Shown piece after piece: positions 1 to 14,376 of a stretch of 64,000 nt of DNA (the first letter of the stretch is position 1; each line of letters opens with the position of its first letter). The position numbers and the translations under genes are program-made. A model generated the notes under the pieces. That model saw only the letters and a list, made by a program, of their open reading frames with translations. It ran no database searches and had not been told where the DNA came from. Origin of the DNA: Dimorphilus gyrociliatus (taxonomy: Eukaryota > Animalia > Annelida); assembly GCA_904063045.1 (NCBI GenBank), contig CAJFCJ010000007.1:179540-243539 (forward strand). Direction: 5' to 3'.

Positions 1-190
1 GAAATTATGGATCCAGGAGATAGTACTCATCTTTATTATTCAGCAAATAAGAAAGATATTGAAAAGAAGGAACAAAACAAAAGTAAGCATACTGACAATG
101 AAACTAATAGATTAAACCATCCAGATAAGAAATCACGTTTTACAAAACGGCCCTTAAATAAAATACGTAAGTCGGAATTTTGTAACATGG

Positions 191-202
191 TGCGCATGCG
201 CA
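191..202. promoter_or_regulatory. NRF1/EWG palindrome TGCGCATGCGCA
   Basis: Perfect 12-bp consensus in AT-rich context; suggests a promoter near the window start. Confidence 0.55.
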
Positions 203-1893
203 CGCATTGTTCTAAACGTTCATAAATACAGTGTAAAAATTGAAAGAAACAAAGATAATAATTGTTTTAGATTTAAAGAAAATTTATTTGAAAAGAATTA
301 AGCTTGTGCAGGACAAAACGTCTCTCTCCATTGATCATTCTTTTTTTTGTTCTGAGAAAAAAATTCAATATATAGATCAGTCAATTTGCCTAGCACCCGG
401 GTTAGATTATTAGAATGGAAGCTTGCTAATAATAACTCCAATAAATTATTCAAAGCAATTGCAAATATTCCATTGTTCAACGCTTGGCCGTCTTAGAAAC
501 GTTTTTTTTTTCTCCACACATTATTACTTTCAATGAAATACTTCGATTTCCGGCTGCCAGACGGGATAATGGCTGTTTTGTCAAGTTGTAGTGTCGTGTT
601 CATTCATCTTATTCCTATCGCCTATGTTTTTCTCCGAAATCGAATAGTATTAAATCTCTATAGTGCATAAAGACGGACGTAATAGAAGACAACTGCAATC
701 TACTGCAATGTATTAAGGGGCTAAGAGTATTACGTGCGTCTTCTGGGCAGCCTTTTAAAGTGCGTATTTAATACTTACTTAAAATAGCTTCAGTTTTATA
801 AATAATGTATACTTCCGTCTGTAGGTTTTAATTGTTCTCGTGATTTTAGTTATTTGTTATATGAGAAATTTAAACATTAAACTCGATTATTAAAATAATT
901 TCCAGTTTAAAAAAGACTATGCATTCTTTATATTCGAACAGTCGCTTTAAGGGATTTTATTAGACAACTACTTCCTTTAAACGAGAAAAAGGTGTATTTT
1001 GCGAGCGTGTACTTGTTTATAAGTGAATGAACTATGTATAGCGAGAGACAAGATATTTAAAATAGAAAAGCTTAAAAGACAAAATAATAGGTGGGAAAAA
1101 AAAAAGAGAGCTAAAATATATTTCTTTACAGTGCATTATATGCACGCAAGTTTGGTAGAATAATCACAGTTCATCCTTCCTTCCTCTATTTAACTTTGTT
1201 CTTAAACCCTGTACAAAAAAATCCCATTCACACTACCGTATCCAAACGTGTAATAGACCAATCAATATAACTTGTTAAAAAAAAAATTACTACCCCGCAT
1301 GTTTATGGTCTACCGAATCAAAATCGACTATGTAACCAATGTGAATGAGCCGACTAACGAATCGGAATGAATTGCCTGTAGATTACATCATTTCCCTTCG
1401 TTTTTCCAAGATATTTTCTCCGAATGCAATTCGTAAATATTTCTAGTAAATAAAAAGAGAAATAACAAAGAAAACATCCCTTTATAATTTACCTGCATAA
1501 GCGAATAATTTAGTCTATTTGATGTTTAGCTTTTAGATTTTTTTTCCTCACAACAAATGCACACTTTGCAATATTTAGTTTTCAAATATTAATTTATATC
1601 TTACCTATATAAAATAAAGAGTTCATTAGCTCTTAGCTTTTTATACTTGTTGTGAAAATTGACAGAGAGAAACCATATTTTATTGATAATATTCTATAAA
1701 ATATCTAAATTTAATATGTAATATCTTAAAATAAATTCATAAGTGATGTTATATTTAATAAACCGCACCCATTGTTTACAAATTTCACAATTTAATACAA
1801 GATGACTCAACTGTTATTGTCTTATTTAAAATTAATGGGATTTATTCTATATATTGTAGTCATGATAACTTATCTATTGATAATTCATAACAG

Positions 1894-4800
1894 CTCCGAG
1901 ATGCGAGAAAGATCAAATTGAATGTCCGACAAGCGATGGCAGAAAGAGTTGCTATCCGAATCCCGACGGAAAAGGATGCCGTACGTATACAATTTACATA
2001 TATTTGAATAATATTGCCAAAGAAAAGGTTATTTTATAAAAAGAGATAAGAAATAATAAGAAAATTTTGTTCTTACTTTAATTACAAAATCTTATAAATT
2101 ATATTAAATCGTATTTATCTGTTAAAGAAAGAAAAAACACTCTCTTTTGTGATTAATTATCTGAAACAGCAAAAGGAAATATTGGCTCAAAAATGATTTC
2201 TGTTTTCTTTTTCTTACCATTAAAAGGAGCGCTGCACGCACAGATGCATTTGCAACGAAATTTATTGATTGCTTTTACTAAAAATGTGTAACTGGGAACT
2301 TAATAATGGGTCTTTAATTATCTTATATTTATGCAAATGCAGATAAATATCTATCATATTTGCTTTGTAGTCTAAAACTATTTCCGTATAGGCTATAACC
2401 AAAATTTTTCAAGCTTCAAATATCTTCACTTCCTTTAATTTTCCTTTATTACCGATTATACATGTTTAAGAATATATATATATATATATATATATATACA
2501 GTATATACAGTATATACTTTTTATATATGCTAATTCATGCCAATGACTTTAAATCCACGTATGCAGTATTATTCACGGCATATTATTCTATATGTATTGC
2601 ATGGTCTTATACTAGTTTTTGGAAAGAAAGAGAATTCATCGATTATACTTTAGCCTAACAAATATGTGGCGTTACTGTATTATTATCCATTATTGTCGTG
2701 AATAAGGAACGGGAATTTCTTTCTATCACCTCTTCTCCTTCTCTCTCTCTCTCTTCCCTATTTGTGTGTCCTCCCTTTCTCAACGTTTCTTTCGGTTTTT
2801 TATAACTCTCTCCCTAATATGCATACCCTCTTATTCCTTTCTTTCATTACTTTACTTCCCTGGAGTAAAATTCGTTGACTTCTGTGTAATTTACTCCTCT
2901 ATCTACCTACTTCAATTATTTGATATTGTAAGAAAGAGAAGACAAAGGAAATAAATTATAGTAGACATTAATTTCGTTACAGATAGAATAATTCTCTGTA
3001 TGAGTTTGAAGGTTTAATTAAATCAGAATACTGCTTTAAACTTCTGCGAGGATAATTAATGTTAAAATATAAATGCAGTAAGCCTTTTAAAGAATATATG
3101 AATAGACTATGTACTGTAGATATACATATATAGATATATATGAGATGTATATATCTCAGCATATATACGAAACAACCTATACAATAGTATATATATAGAG
3201 AGGGAGAAAGTAGAAAGATAATACAGACAAAGAGAAGAATGACCTAACAGCGTTTCTATCTTAGTAGAATAATGTAAACATTACAGATACTATATGTATT
3301 TTTCAGGGATGTAATTGCGTTAGCAATAATAAATGATAGAGATAGTGTTTTAATCTACGCTTTTGGCTTAATTAGCTAATTATTTTGTAAAGGCGGGATA
3401 CTAAGCTCTTATTATCATAGTATTTTGACAATTTCCTGAAGAAATCATGTAAAAAGAAGAAAATCTAGACAGCTACTTACTTATTTTCGTCTGGTAATAC
3501 ATTTTGCGTCAATGTCTTTAAAATTTATCATTACGTGTTTACAAGGACATTGAATGATTTTTTTTCCTTCGCTTTTCCATTTATCTTTTTCCTTTTCCTT
3601 ATCCTCTGTCTCTCCCCTATCTATCTTTTTTTCTTCTTTTCTATCTCCATTTGGATAGTCCTAATGTACATCACTGGTATCATCTGTGAAATAGAGTGTA
3701 ATGTTTCCCTTAGGAACTATGTAGTCAAATCTTTATTCTGCCGTATATATTGAAATTAACCTACTTTTTATACCAAATTCCTCGAGGAATGATTCTATAT
3801 TTAAACGTATAAGGAATAAAATTTTCTATTAGTCTGTATGACACAAATTTTTTGAAAACTGTACGCTAGCTTTGTGTAGTGAGATAATAAAAAAACAAGT
3901 AATACAAATTAATCATGTGACCTTTTGGTTTGTTTTCAAATATCAAGTTATCAATTATAAGAAAGTGATTATTATATTCTCTGAAAATAAACGATATAAT
4001 ATCACTCAAGAGAAAGGACGGAATTTTTAATCTTTTTATTTACCTAAGGGAAATATGTACATTGAACTTAACAGTCAACTATTGAAATTTATTAACCTTT
4101 ACAATATAATGACTATACGCTTTTATATATTTTAAAAACTGCTATATCTTGCCTATTATTATACTGTAATCATTTGACTCCTATTCTTTTTCCTTGTCTC
4201 ACAATGCATTTTTCTTCTTTTTCAATTCCACTCTACAATAGGAGAAAGATTCTTAAGCAATCGACCTTGTAAACAAAGAGTAATGATAATGGTAATAGCT
4301 ATGTAGAACTCAAAAATTGATACTCTTTTTGTTCTGAAAGCATAAATTATAAATTGATTTCTTTAAATATCAAATGTGTTTTAACATTCTCGTCTGATAT
4401 CAGTGTTGATTTTTCAAATTGTAAGAAAACAGAGGGAAAGATGATTTACAGGTGAAATAGAGAAAAGTCCTCTTTCAATATTGATTTCTTTTTCATAGTG
4501 GGAAAGAAGTCTCTATTAGGAGCTTCTTGTTGAAGGCGTTACCTTCCTATACAAACACTTTTTCTTTGGCAATTTAATCAAGCGGAATCTTTTGATTAGA
4601 ATAGTCTATCCTTTATACAAATTCCTTGCGTGTAATGGCTAAATCAGTGTCGTTTTTTCTTCCTTTTTTTCATTTGAAAAAAAAAAACAGCAAACATAAC
4701 TTGTCCTGCTCACGTTCCATTCCACTGCAAAACTCAGTCTTATTGCTTCTCTCAAAATCAAAAATGTGACGGAACAACCGATTGCCCCGATAAACTAGAC

Positions 4801-7438
4801 GAAAGCAATTGCCCAACTACGGCCCTGTCGTCGAAGGACATAAAGTTAATAATAGCTTTGCCTCTGACTGGAATTCTGCTGATCGTCTATTTGGTAGTAA
4901 TAATTAAATGTTGGAGGCATAGGAAGCGATTAAGAAGCCGATCCGACGAAGAAATTGGCAATAGAACAGAACTTCGAAGAGTAAATAGGAAAGAGTCAGA
5001 ATCGACTTATGCACGGGTTCCCAGCATTCACGCCAATGGTAGCGTTCGATCAGAAAATGGTAGCGTTCACCGGGAAGGAAGTGTTGGTAAGTAATTCTAA
5101 TAGCTATTATAGAGGATATCAGCGTTGCGTGTGATTTAGAAATCATTGCCAAGTTTTATGTCCATGTGAAACAAAATTCCATATATACTTTAGCTTATAT
5201 CAAAGACTTAACAACTTAAAACAAATCAATAAGTTTTACTTCTTCCTTTATTCAAATTTCACATTTTCTCCCAAAGTTTTTGTAGATGTTTTATTTATTT
5301 GTACTTCCATTTTATCTTTTTATTTTACATATAAAAATAGTAAAGCGCCTTTTACAGTACGGTAAACAGTAACAATTACGTAAAGATTCGTATAGGGAAT
5401 AGAAACCAACATTCTTAAAGTCTGCAATCGATACTTCCTATTTTCTTCTTAATATTCATTATATTTACTCAACAAACAAAACCGTTAACTTCTTAATCTT
5501 CTGGATGGATCTCCTTCACTTTTTGTTTGAACAAATCATTTAGCAAATACATCTTCAGCCTTCTGTAGTAGATTCATGAAACATTCCTAACAATGATGTT
5601 CCCTTCCTTTTTTATAAGATGATTCAAATGAAAGATTCCTAGTTTAGTTGGACAATAGATAAGGAAAAAGTATAAAATATTTAACAAAAGGATCATAAAT
5701 TGTATGAAAACGATCAAAAGCGTTATATTATTGAAGTTGTTTTTGAATAAAGAGAAATTAGAGCAATTAACATATTAAATGTAGCTTTTTGACGTAAAGC
5801 GTCCCTAATCTGTAAATGTTAAGGTTTGTAAATATAATCTATCAATACATTGTTAACATGAAAATTGTTAAGTTAATAAAAAGATATACGACGCTAAACT
5901 GAACGGGTCAGTGAACAATTTAATAACAAGTAATTTAGCTGATAACCAAAACTGGAATAGTTCATCAATATATTTTTACAATAGAACTAAAAATATTCTA
6001 CAATTTATTACTTTTTTTACCCTTTTTAATATAATTTATATCATTGAACAGGCTCGCAACCGGATAGCGCTAGAGCTAGAGCAGATTCGATTGTATCCGG
6101 TATACTAAGAAGCCGCGAAAACTCAATCAATACGCTCGGAATTCCCGGAGTCCTAAGTCGTGAACCAAGTCACGTGACACTAGGTGTACCGAGCCGTCAA
6201 GGGACTTTTAAACTTCGCCGAAGCTTTGAGAGTATTCCAGAAAGCGTTAGGCGAAGTGTTTCCAGGGAAAGTTTAGGAGGTGTTGGAGAACATGCTCATA
6301 CCTCGCAGAATAATGATGGAAGTGAAAGGCGAGAGAGGACCGGTAATGGTCGGCCGGCTCCGCCAACATACGAAGAGGCAATTGCCGAAGGGACTTTTGA
6401 ATCGGACGAAGAAGCCGATGCTGACGATGAAAACGACGAGAGGCAGGTAAATACGAGGTTTCTTTATAACATTAGTATCTTAGAAAGTTAACCAGTTAAA
6501 TTCGGTTCACACATTGACGTATGCAAATAAGGCGCCTAATTTTATCTAAAAATAGCAATAAAAAAAAGAACATGGAAACTAACTTTACAATTTTATTGAA
6601 AAAACTGGAAAACGGGAATGTAAATACAAAATTAATAAAAGTTCCGCTGTAAAAAAATCCAATTCATAGAATATTAAAAAACCTCTCTCTTCCTTCAAAT
6701 CGATTTAAAAATGGAAATTGATTAAAAAACAGTTGTAGGAAAGAAAGAAAAGTTAAAAATAATTTTTTTTCTCAACTCCTTCCTCTCTAAGAGAGAAAAC
6801 AAATTTATTCAAAGAGAAGTAGCCCGAGGCTGAAGGACTTTGACAAGATCATGCTTAAGAACGTGCTTAAGCAGTACATTTCTTTTCGGATATGCAAGGC
6901 TAAACTTATTTCCCAAGCCCACTTTAAACGAATACGACTAATAAGAGTGTTACCTCAGCTCTGTTTTCATTCTCGTCTTTCCATATAAAATTGCAAATTT
7001 CCAGTATTTTTTTTTATTCACTCTTATTTAATTGATGCATTAATTCAATAACAATGCAAACAATATACTTGGTGGGAATTATGAAATATTTATACATCGT
7101 TTACACATGTAGAAGTGTGCAATAGACCGTTTTTTTATTATATTTAAGTCATATTTCACTGAATTTCTTTCCAGCTTCTAATTATTTATTAATTTTCAGG
7201 ATATAGCATTATATTCATAATTTGCATTATGCTTTTGTATATATTTATATAAAAATTTTTTAATGTTCTGCTATGTGATTAATCGACATTTATAATTAAT
7301 TCTTTTTCTCCTTTATTTATTTAGGATTCCGAGGCCAAGTCCGAAGATGGTGCTAGTGAAAATAAAAAGTCCAAACTTAAGCGAACCCTCTCCAAAAAAC
7401 TGCAGAAAAAATTTCAAAACTATGTCGTTTGTATGAAG
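1894..7438 (+). CDS. Single-pass LDL-receptor class A (LDLa) domain protein with cytoplasmic PPxY motif (LDLRAD3/4-like architecture); 5' end not resolved
   Basis: Phase-compatible GT-AG exons 1894-1980 (APRCEKDQIECPTSDGRKSCYP, partial LDLa-like), 4691-5086 (complete LDLa CPAHVPFHCKTQSYCFSQNQKCDGTTDCPDKLDESNC, then TM LIIALPLTGILLIVYLVVII and stop-transfer KCWRHRKR), 6052-6446 (PPTYEEA, acidic tail) and 7325-7438. The signal-peptide exon was not identified. Confidence 0.75.
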
Positions 7439-10387
7439 GTAAACAACCTGCACCGAGAAGATGAATCCAAACAAACAAAAACCACCAAATATTTTAAAAA
7501 AATCCACTTTAACGAAACAACCAACAAATCAACAACCACAAAAAAACCATCGAAACCGATATTTTGCTCTTTCTGTCTCTTTTTTTTCTCTCTCTATCTC
7601 TCTCTGTCTCTTCACGCAATCTTCTTTCCGCTCAAACGAAAAATATTCGCCACGTTTTTTTCTCTTCTCGTTATCCGTCGAAACAGAGAAATTAACGATT
7701 TTTTTTTCTTCATTTTTTCCATCATATTTTCCTGCAAAATCTCTACTTCCTCGAGGGTAAGTTTCATTTAATCTTTATATATATATATATTCGCATGCGC
7801 CACATATATATATATATTTATATTTAGACGTATACGTCGAGTTATAAATAGATATTATGAATGTACAGTATAATTTATAGTCAAAAGCGAATTATAATCA
7901 GAAATATCCTTAAAATAGTTCGCATATGAATATTTTAACTAATGAAACGGATGAATTGTGATAAAGTACAAATCTGTTTGTCAATTTGAAAATGATAATG
8001 TGTTATACAGCAAGGCCATTGTTATATATTTGTAAAGTACACGCAATAGAAACCTAGGTTACGTTATTAACTTTATATTGGTATAAGATAACTAATAATA
8101 TCATTCATAGAGTCATACTTTTTGTAAATAGTGCAACTAATATTTTAAGTCTAGTTAAATCTAACTTATTTATCATGATACTAATTAATTAAACAGTGTA
8201 TAATTATTTCTTAAAACGCTCCCCTTGCCTTTAACACCTTAAAGACTTCTTAAAAAGCAAATTATCAAGTGCATTATGCTTGGTTCTATCGAGTCCTTTC
8301 TTATGGACTGTAAAACATAGAGAGAGATATAATATACACTTGCACTCTCTCACGTACAAATGTATTAAAATAGGTTTCCTTACTTCACCTTCATCTTAGA
8401 GGTGAAGTTGGAATATCGCACTCGAAATTTTCGGTTTTTACCGGAAAACCTCTTTATTTATAGATAATTAAAAGTATTTAAGTAAATTTTTAGCAACGTA
8501 AGCAAGATCTTAGTCATAAATTAATATTAGTTGTATTTATTTGCTGCATAGAATAGATAAAATGAATACAAAGAAAGAGAAAGTTTCTCCCTATTTTTAC
8601 AATTAAAGTAACAAAGGAAAAAGCTAAATTTTATAAATGACTGTAAGCCTACGTTTTTTTAAGCTAATACAACGGACAGAAAAATAATCATGAGAAAAGA
8701 AAGGAATATCTTAAGACTTAACTGGGTATTTTCCATAAAAGCCGTTCCAAACAATAAATAACAGTGGATTTGTCAATAAAATAGCTTTATTTCTTAGACA
8801 GTTTCCATGGAGTTTACAAGAAATACTATAGAAACAGAAAGACATCATTTATCAATCAAATAGAGGGGGAGGGACGGGAGGGGGGAAAGCTACAAAAGAT
8901 ACTAGATTCTAGACAGTTTTAATTCCGTACTCGGACAGTAAACGATCGTAAATTCTATGTTTCCTCTCTATTCCATTCTTATCCGTTTCTAATTTTATAT
9001 TAGAAACAACTCAGAAGATGAATAAAATTGCTATATAATATACAAGTAAATGATGATAATGATTCTGGAATAACAATAGGTTATTATTCACACGTCACCT
9101 TACTTATTAGATTTGTTATGACAAGGTTTTGTACTACATAAAATTCTACTAGTAGCTTCCCTTCCCTTTTTTTTTTGCCTTTTACAATCCCAGTAGCATT
9201 GTTCTTATCGACTATCACTTTTCTAATATTGATAATATTAGCTAAAAGCAGGATATTTACTATACAAACAGCTTTATACATATTCTATAAATAATTATAA
9301 GTCTATAGACAGTGCGATAATATAGTATTGATAATAATATAGGAATAAAATAAGTAAGACCTCCATAAAACCGAGACGATGATAAAGTAAAATAAGTAGT
9401 TAGGCGGTTACCTAATTGAGCTAAAAGCTTTTCATTTTAACCATAAATTTTCCAAGAACGCTCCTTCATGATATCTTTTTTTGAAACAGATAATTGAACT
9501 TTAAAAGGGTAAAAAAAAGGGAGGTTTTTTTGCACCAAATAATACTATCATTCCAAAAGGCTTTTAAGCTTAATTGACTACAGCTCAAAATCCGGCTGAG
9601 ACGTAAATGTTTACTCATTAATATTCACGGCAGGATATCTTTTGCAGAAAATTTGAGAAGAGTAATCTTAATTAAACGCATCTCAGCTTAAAATGGTCTA
9701 ATTAGTTGCATAATTGTTTTAATAATCATAGATGTAAAGTAAAGAAAAATAGTTAAATTCCACTTTTTGTACTCTACTAATCTGTTAATCTGGAATATAT
9801 ATTAAGGAATTATTTAGTAAAAAGCTATAAATACGGAAACGTGAGCGTACATGCATAAAATAAACTATAGTATGAATTATAAATAGCACATCCATTATAC
9901 ATATTGCAGCTAGGGTAACGCAAATACAACATATAGAAATATATATCACGAACATCGAAATCCGATAACTTATTTGCATATAGGACTAATCTAATCAAAT
10001 TTCAATTTTTCTCACAGTTTGAGAGACTTCTCTCTTTTTCAAGTAAGAGAAAAATCAATGGATTAATCAAGCCGAAGATGTTCTAAAAAAAGACTCTAAC
10101 GACCGGACGCCTTTAGGGTTACTTCCGGCCGACAGAAGAAATATTTTAGTGGTCAAACAAGATCTGGAAATGTTCCTTCTATTTTTTTTATTGCTAAAAT
10201 AAAAAAATTGTAATGGAAATAAATAATTTACATGGAAAATTGTCTTTTTTCTATATTTTTATTGTTATCCAAAGTTTATATCAATTTACTCAAGAAGCGC
10301 CTTATTGCATATTAATTAATTGTGTAATTGAAGTTCTACTGATTCAATTATATATTTATGCTAATATGTTTAATACTGAATAAACAG

Positions 10388-10707
10388 GGATCAATGGAAG
10401 AAGACGAGGTAGACATGCAGAACGAAGCGTCTCTCTATGCAGATATAATGGGACTACACAAATCCTCAAGCGTCAATTCCTTAGGTAGACAATATCTCTT
10501 TAAAAAGATACATATGTATTTTACACAATTCTTTGTTAATTTAAATAAATAGGTGGAGTAGCTGCACGAGCGGCCGCAACAGGCATGATTCCAGGGCCAA
10601 CATCTGGAAAGCGAAAGAGGAGGAAAAATCCACTTTTGGGTTTGGACTTCGGAACTGGAAATTATACATCGACTAGCTCAGATTATGATTCTGATAGTTC
10701 TTATTAA
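10388..10707 (+). CDS. Two terminal coding exons (GSMEEDEVDMQNEASLYADIMGL...GKRKRRKNPLLGLDF...DYDSDSSY*); either the C-terminus of the LDLa gene or a separate small gene
   Basis: Exons 10388-10484 and 10553-10707 with canonical splice sites and a 68-nt intron, phase 1 matched. The phase-0 start is compatible with the exon ending at 7438. No family recognised. Confidence 0.55.
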
Positions 10708-11703
10708 GAAGAGAAAGAAATTTAAAAGGCCTAAACTTTCGTCAACTGTTCTTCGAATGTCTTCTGACCAAATTGTGAAAAAATGTTTTTTTTTTTCTCA
10801 AAAAATTTGTTTGATAAAAAGTAATAAGGTGAATAGCAACAAAACTTTTACTTGATTGCTGTGGTTTTTTTAAAACTTGGAGTTCTCTGGGAAGTTCCTT
10901 CAGATGGCGCTATTCGTAAACTTTCTGGACGTCAACCAAAGTACACAAAATTATTTTCAATAACTATCCAGTTTATTCTCTCTCTCTCGATGTATATGTA
11001 TGTATATACATACATACATATATATATAATATATATATATGTATCTACACAATGCATACCTCAGCCGATAAACAAAACCCAGTAACAGCCAATACCAAGT
11101 TCTAAATATGGATCATAATCAATGGAGATATTTAAAAAAAAACACACACACAAATTAACTCTTATCTTATACTTTCAATTATTTCTTTTTTTTGCCTTCT
11201 TTCAAAACAAAAGTGTATAAGAAAAAAAAAGACAGACTTTTTCTCATCATCCTACTGCAAAAAAGACTACGCAAAAAAAACCTACAAAACCTTTTTTTTT
11301 TTAAAAAAACAAACTTAACTTCATCTGCAATTCTTGGAGAAAACAATTTTTTAGCTACAAAAAAAATATATACAATAGCAAAATATGAAGAAAAAAAACT
11401 ACAAAAATACCGAACTACTTTGAATATTTTACCATAAACTGTGTTAGCAAACTATAACAAAAAAATGCTTCGAATAATCAAAATTTCTCGATCTTGTGCA
11501 TAAGAAAGATAATGTTTATAAGCAAGCAAACAAAAATAACAAAGAATATAACAGGAAGATAGCAAAAACATATTTCTTTAACTCCTATTGAATTACTATC
11601 GTCTTTTTTTGCTTTTGTTTCTGGAATTACAATTACTTTAATCTCTCTTCTCAAAAAATATAAAATTTTTTCTTCCCCTCCCCTTCCTCTCAAAAAATAT
11701 TAT

Positions 11704-11800
11704 CTCCTCCTCCTCCTCCTCCTCCTCCTCCTACTTCTCCTCTTCTTCTTCTTCGTCTACATCTCCTTTTATTCTTCTTCTTCTTCTTCATCTTCTTCTT
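11704..11800. repeat. (CCT)n/(CTT)n trinucleotide microsatellite
   Basis: Directly visible ctcctcctc... followed by cttcttctt... Confidence 0.9.
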
Positions 11801-12776
11801 CTACTTCCGTAAACGAAAAGGACAAACATGTTTTAATATTTTAGCAATACTATTAATTATAATTATACTTGTTTAGTTACATTAATTTCTCTAAGTATTA
11901 TTTCAATTTTCTTTCTCTATATGTTTGCTTAAGAAAGAATGTTAACAGAAAAAAATCTGTATCAACATCTTCTATATAAGAAACAGGAACATCAGAAGAA
12001 GTTAACAAAATGTAAAGAAACTGTGTTAACACTTTTTTTCTGTTAATTTATCAAGTTTGTTAAACTTAGAAGTATGTGAATACGATACTTTTGAAATGAT
12101 TGCAAATGAAAGAGAGGGAGAGAGAGAGAGAGCGAGATAGGAAGGAAGAAAGAAAGAAAGAAAGAAAGAAAGAGATATTGAAAAGACAAAACAGAAAGAT
12201 GCCAAGAGAAAGAAAGATAGTAAATAAAAAAAATGTACAAGGAACTAGTACAAATATATGTGAATGAAAGACACGTATTGTTTGCTGTATATATAACAAA
12301 CTTGCATTGTTATTGTTGGTGAGGATATATACAGTTATAATATATATTGATTAGGAAATCTTAAAATGTGAAAAAAGTAACCTAAAGAAAATGCTCTTAC
12401 TGTGTATATTGTATATTCGAGTGGAAACATTTTCCGTATAAAAAAAAGACAGACTGCTTAAATTTTTTGCTTTACTGCAAAAAAACAAAAAAAAACAAAA
12501 AAAATGACAAACATTAAACAGTTATGACAAAAATATGAAAATTATCGTGATTATGATTATTATATATGTATTTTAAGAAGAAAAGAAAATCAAAATACGT
12601 TTTTGTTATGGCGAGAAATACATAGATGCTCAAACAATGCACATATTAAAAAAAATTATAACTGTGTGTTTCAATTATCCGTATTACACTCATATTATAT
12701 GCTTAGCTTTTTGCAATTTTATCTATATGTACTATATATATATAGTATATATATTTAGAAATGTACTAAAAAACTA

Positions 12777-14376
12777 CTACCATCCCTTACAAGGCTTCCA
12801 AGTATCAACAACATCTTCTCCTAATTAGAGGAAAAGAAACTTATTATTAATCTGTTAGAAATATAATGGTTTTTTTTTCTCTTGAAAGAATTTTTGTTTA
12901 CCGTCGTGTAAATAATAAATTGAAAACATAGCTGCCGTAGCGCAAGAATGATAGGGAAGTAGGAATAAAGTTGATCCAATAGGATATCTATTTTAGTTAT
13001 TTATAGAATATAAAGAGAGAAGAAAGAAATAGGTTAAAACTATTTCGTTATTGTATATACTCTTACTTTTTAAAATCGATATCTCCTCTCGTTGCAGTAA
13101 CATATCCAATTTCTTGAGTCATTTTAGTTACCCTTCAAAATAATTAAAGAAAGAAATAATAGAAGTCAATATAAAGTATAATATAATACTAAAAGGAATT
13201 ACTTAAGTCTAGGTTCATCGTAGATTAGGCAATAAGATCCGTTTGGTAATTTACCCTTTCCATCATGACTTAAAGCCAAAAATCCTTAAAAGTATTGAAT
13301 CGAGAATGATAAATGCAATAGATATAATTTATTCATGTACCGGCGTCGATTAGCATTTCATTCCTAGATGGATAATGACCGATTATTCTTGTCATTACTC
13401 TACCAGCAATTTCGTTAACATTACACGAGCCAATAACTGATTGTTGGACATCTAATATATCATGTATATAAACATTTTACTATAAAAGCTATATATAAAA
13501 CATAAATGTAGATATATTTAATTATACCATAAAAAATGTAATTTCCGGGATGGAATTCATTAAGATTAGCCATTTTCTTCCCCGGTATGGAACACGTTGG
13601 TGTAGATCCTTGACCAACAATCTTCACTTTAATATCATTTTCCTCCAGGTGTTTTGAAACCTTTAATAGTTTTTCAACGCAACTATTTCCTAATTCTTTT
13701 AATTTATGCTCTCCAGTTACTTCATAACTATTACCATCGTGTACGTAGAGTCCTTCTAATTCTATATGCTCACAATTAGTAATTAATTTAGCAATTTTTA
13801 ATATCTTCTCTTCATTATCGTATTCTATTCCTTCTCTGCCTCCTCCGCACTCAATAGCCAAATATACGGTCCAATTTTTCCCTTCTACTTTATTATCTAG
13901 TAACAACTGTAATCCCTCTTCGCCGTCTATCATTAAATGGAAGGATTTTAGTTTCTTTCTCAATTCCGATATTCTAATTTTTTTTGTTGGATAAAAAGGA
14001 AATTAAAGAAGAAAAACAACAAAAAATATAGGATTATATAGAAATTATTGATAAATATTTATATTGTAAATCTGTTATACCTGGCCAATTTATCGTATGT
14101 AAATATATACCCATATAGGATATCATCGAAACCATTTGCAGCAAAAAATTCGGCTTCAGCAATAGTTGAAACAGTTATTCGCTGTTTAGTGTTATTTGTC
14201 ATAAGATTACCAGCTTCTATTGTTTTAGCGGTTTTCATATGCGGCCTTAAAACAACTTTAAATTTTTCGCATATATCTATCATCTTTTTGGCGTTGTTTG
14301 CAACCTTTTCGCGGTCGATCAGAAAACATGGCGTTTGTAAATCTTGAACCTTTGCAGGGCTTGTTAAATTTTCCAT
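12777..14376 (-). CDS. DSD1: D-serine dehydratase-like / D-threo-3-hydroxyaspartate dehydratase-like PLP enzyme (fold type III, Zn-dependent)
   Basis: 7 phase-consistent exons (14376-14081, 13973-13528, 13451-13341, 13284-13203, about 13132-13067, 12987-12902, 12820-12777). Motifs TPCFLID, LRPHMKT (PLP Lys), [40 protein letters not shown] (His/Cys Zn ligands) and C-terminal WKPCKGW*. Confidence 0.92.

Noticed and set aside
7-412. ORF 7-225, or spliced 7-166 plus 271-412, as a plus-strand gene; also minus ORF 298-480
   Set aside because: No recognisable motif. The K/E richness may be the complement of a minus-strand polypyrimidine tract (an alternative intron with acceptor before an ATG near 30), and the NRF1 motif at 191 suggests promoter sequence. 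Unresolvable without upstream context.
7433-7771. 112-aa and 99-aa overlapping ORFs
   Set aside because: Low-complexity A-rich and CT-rich sequence; more likely intron or 5' UTR than coding.
14048-14347. 99-aa plus-strand ORF
   Set aside because: Antisense shadow of DSD exon 1.
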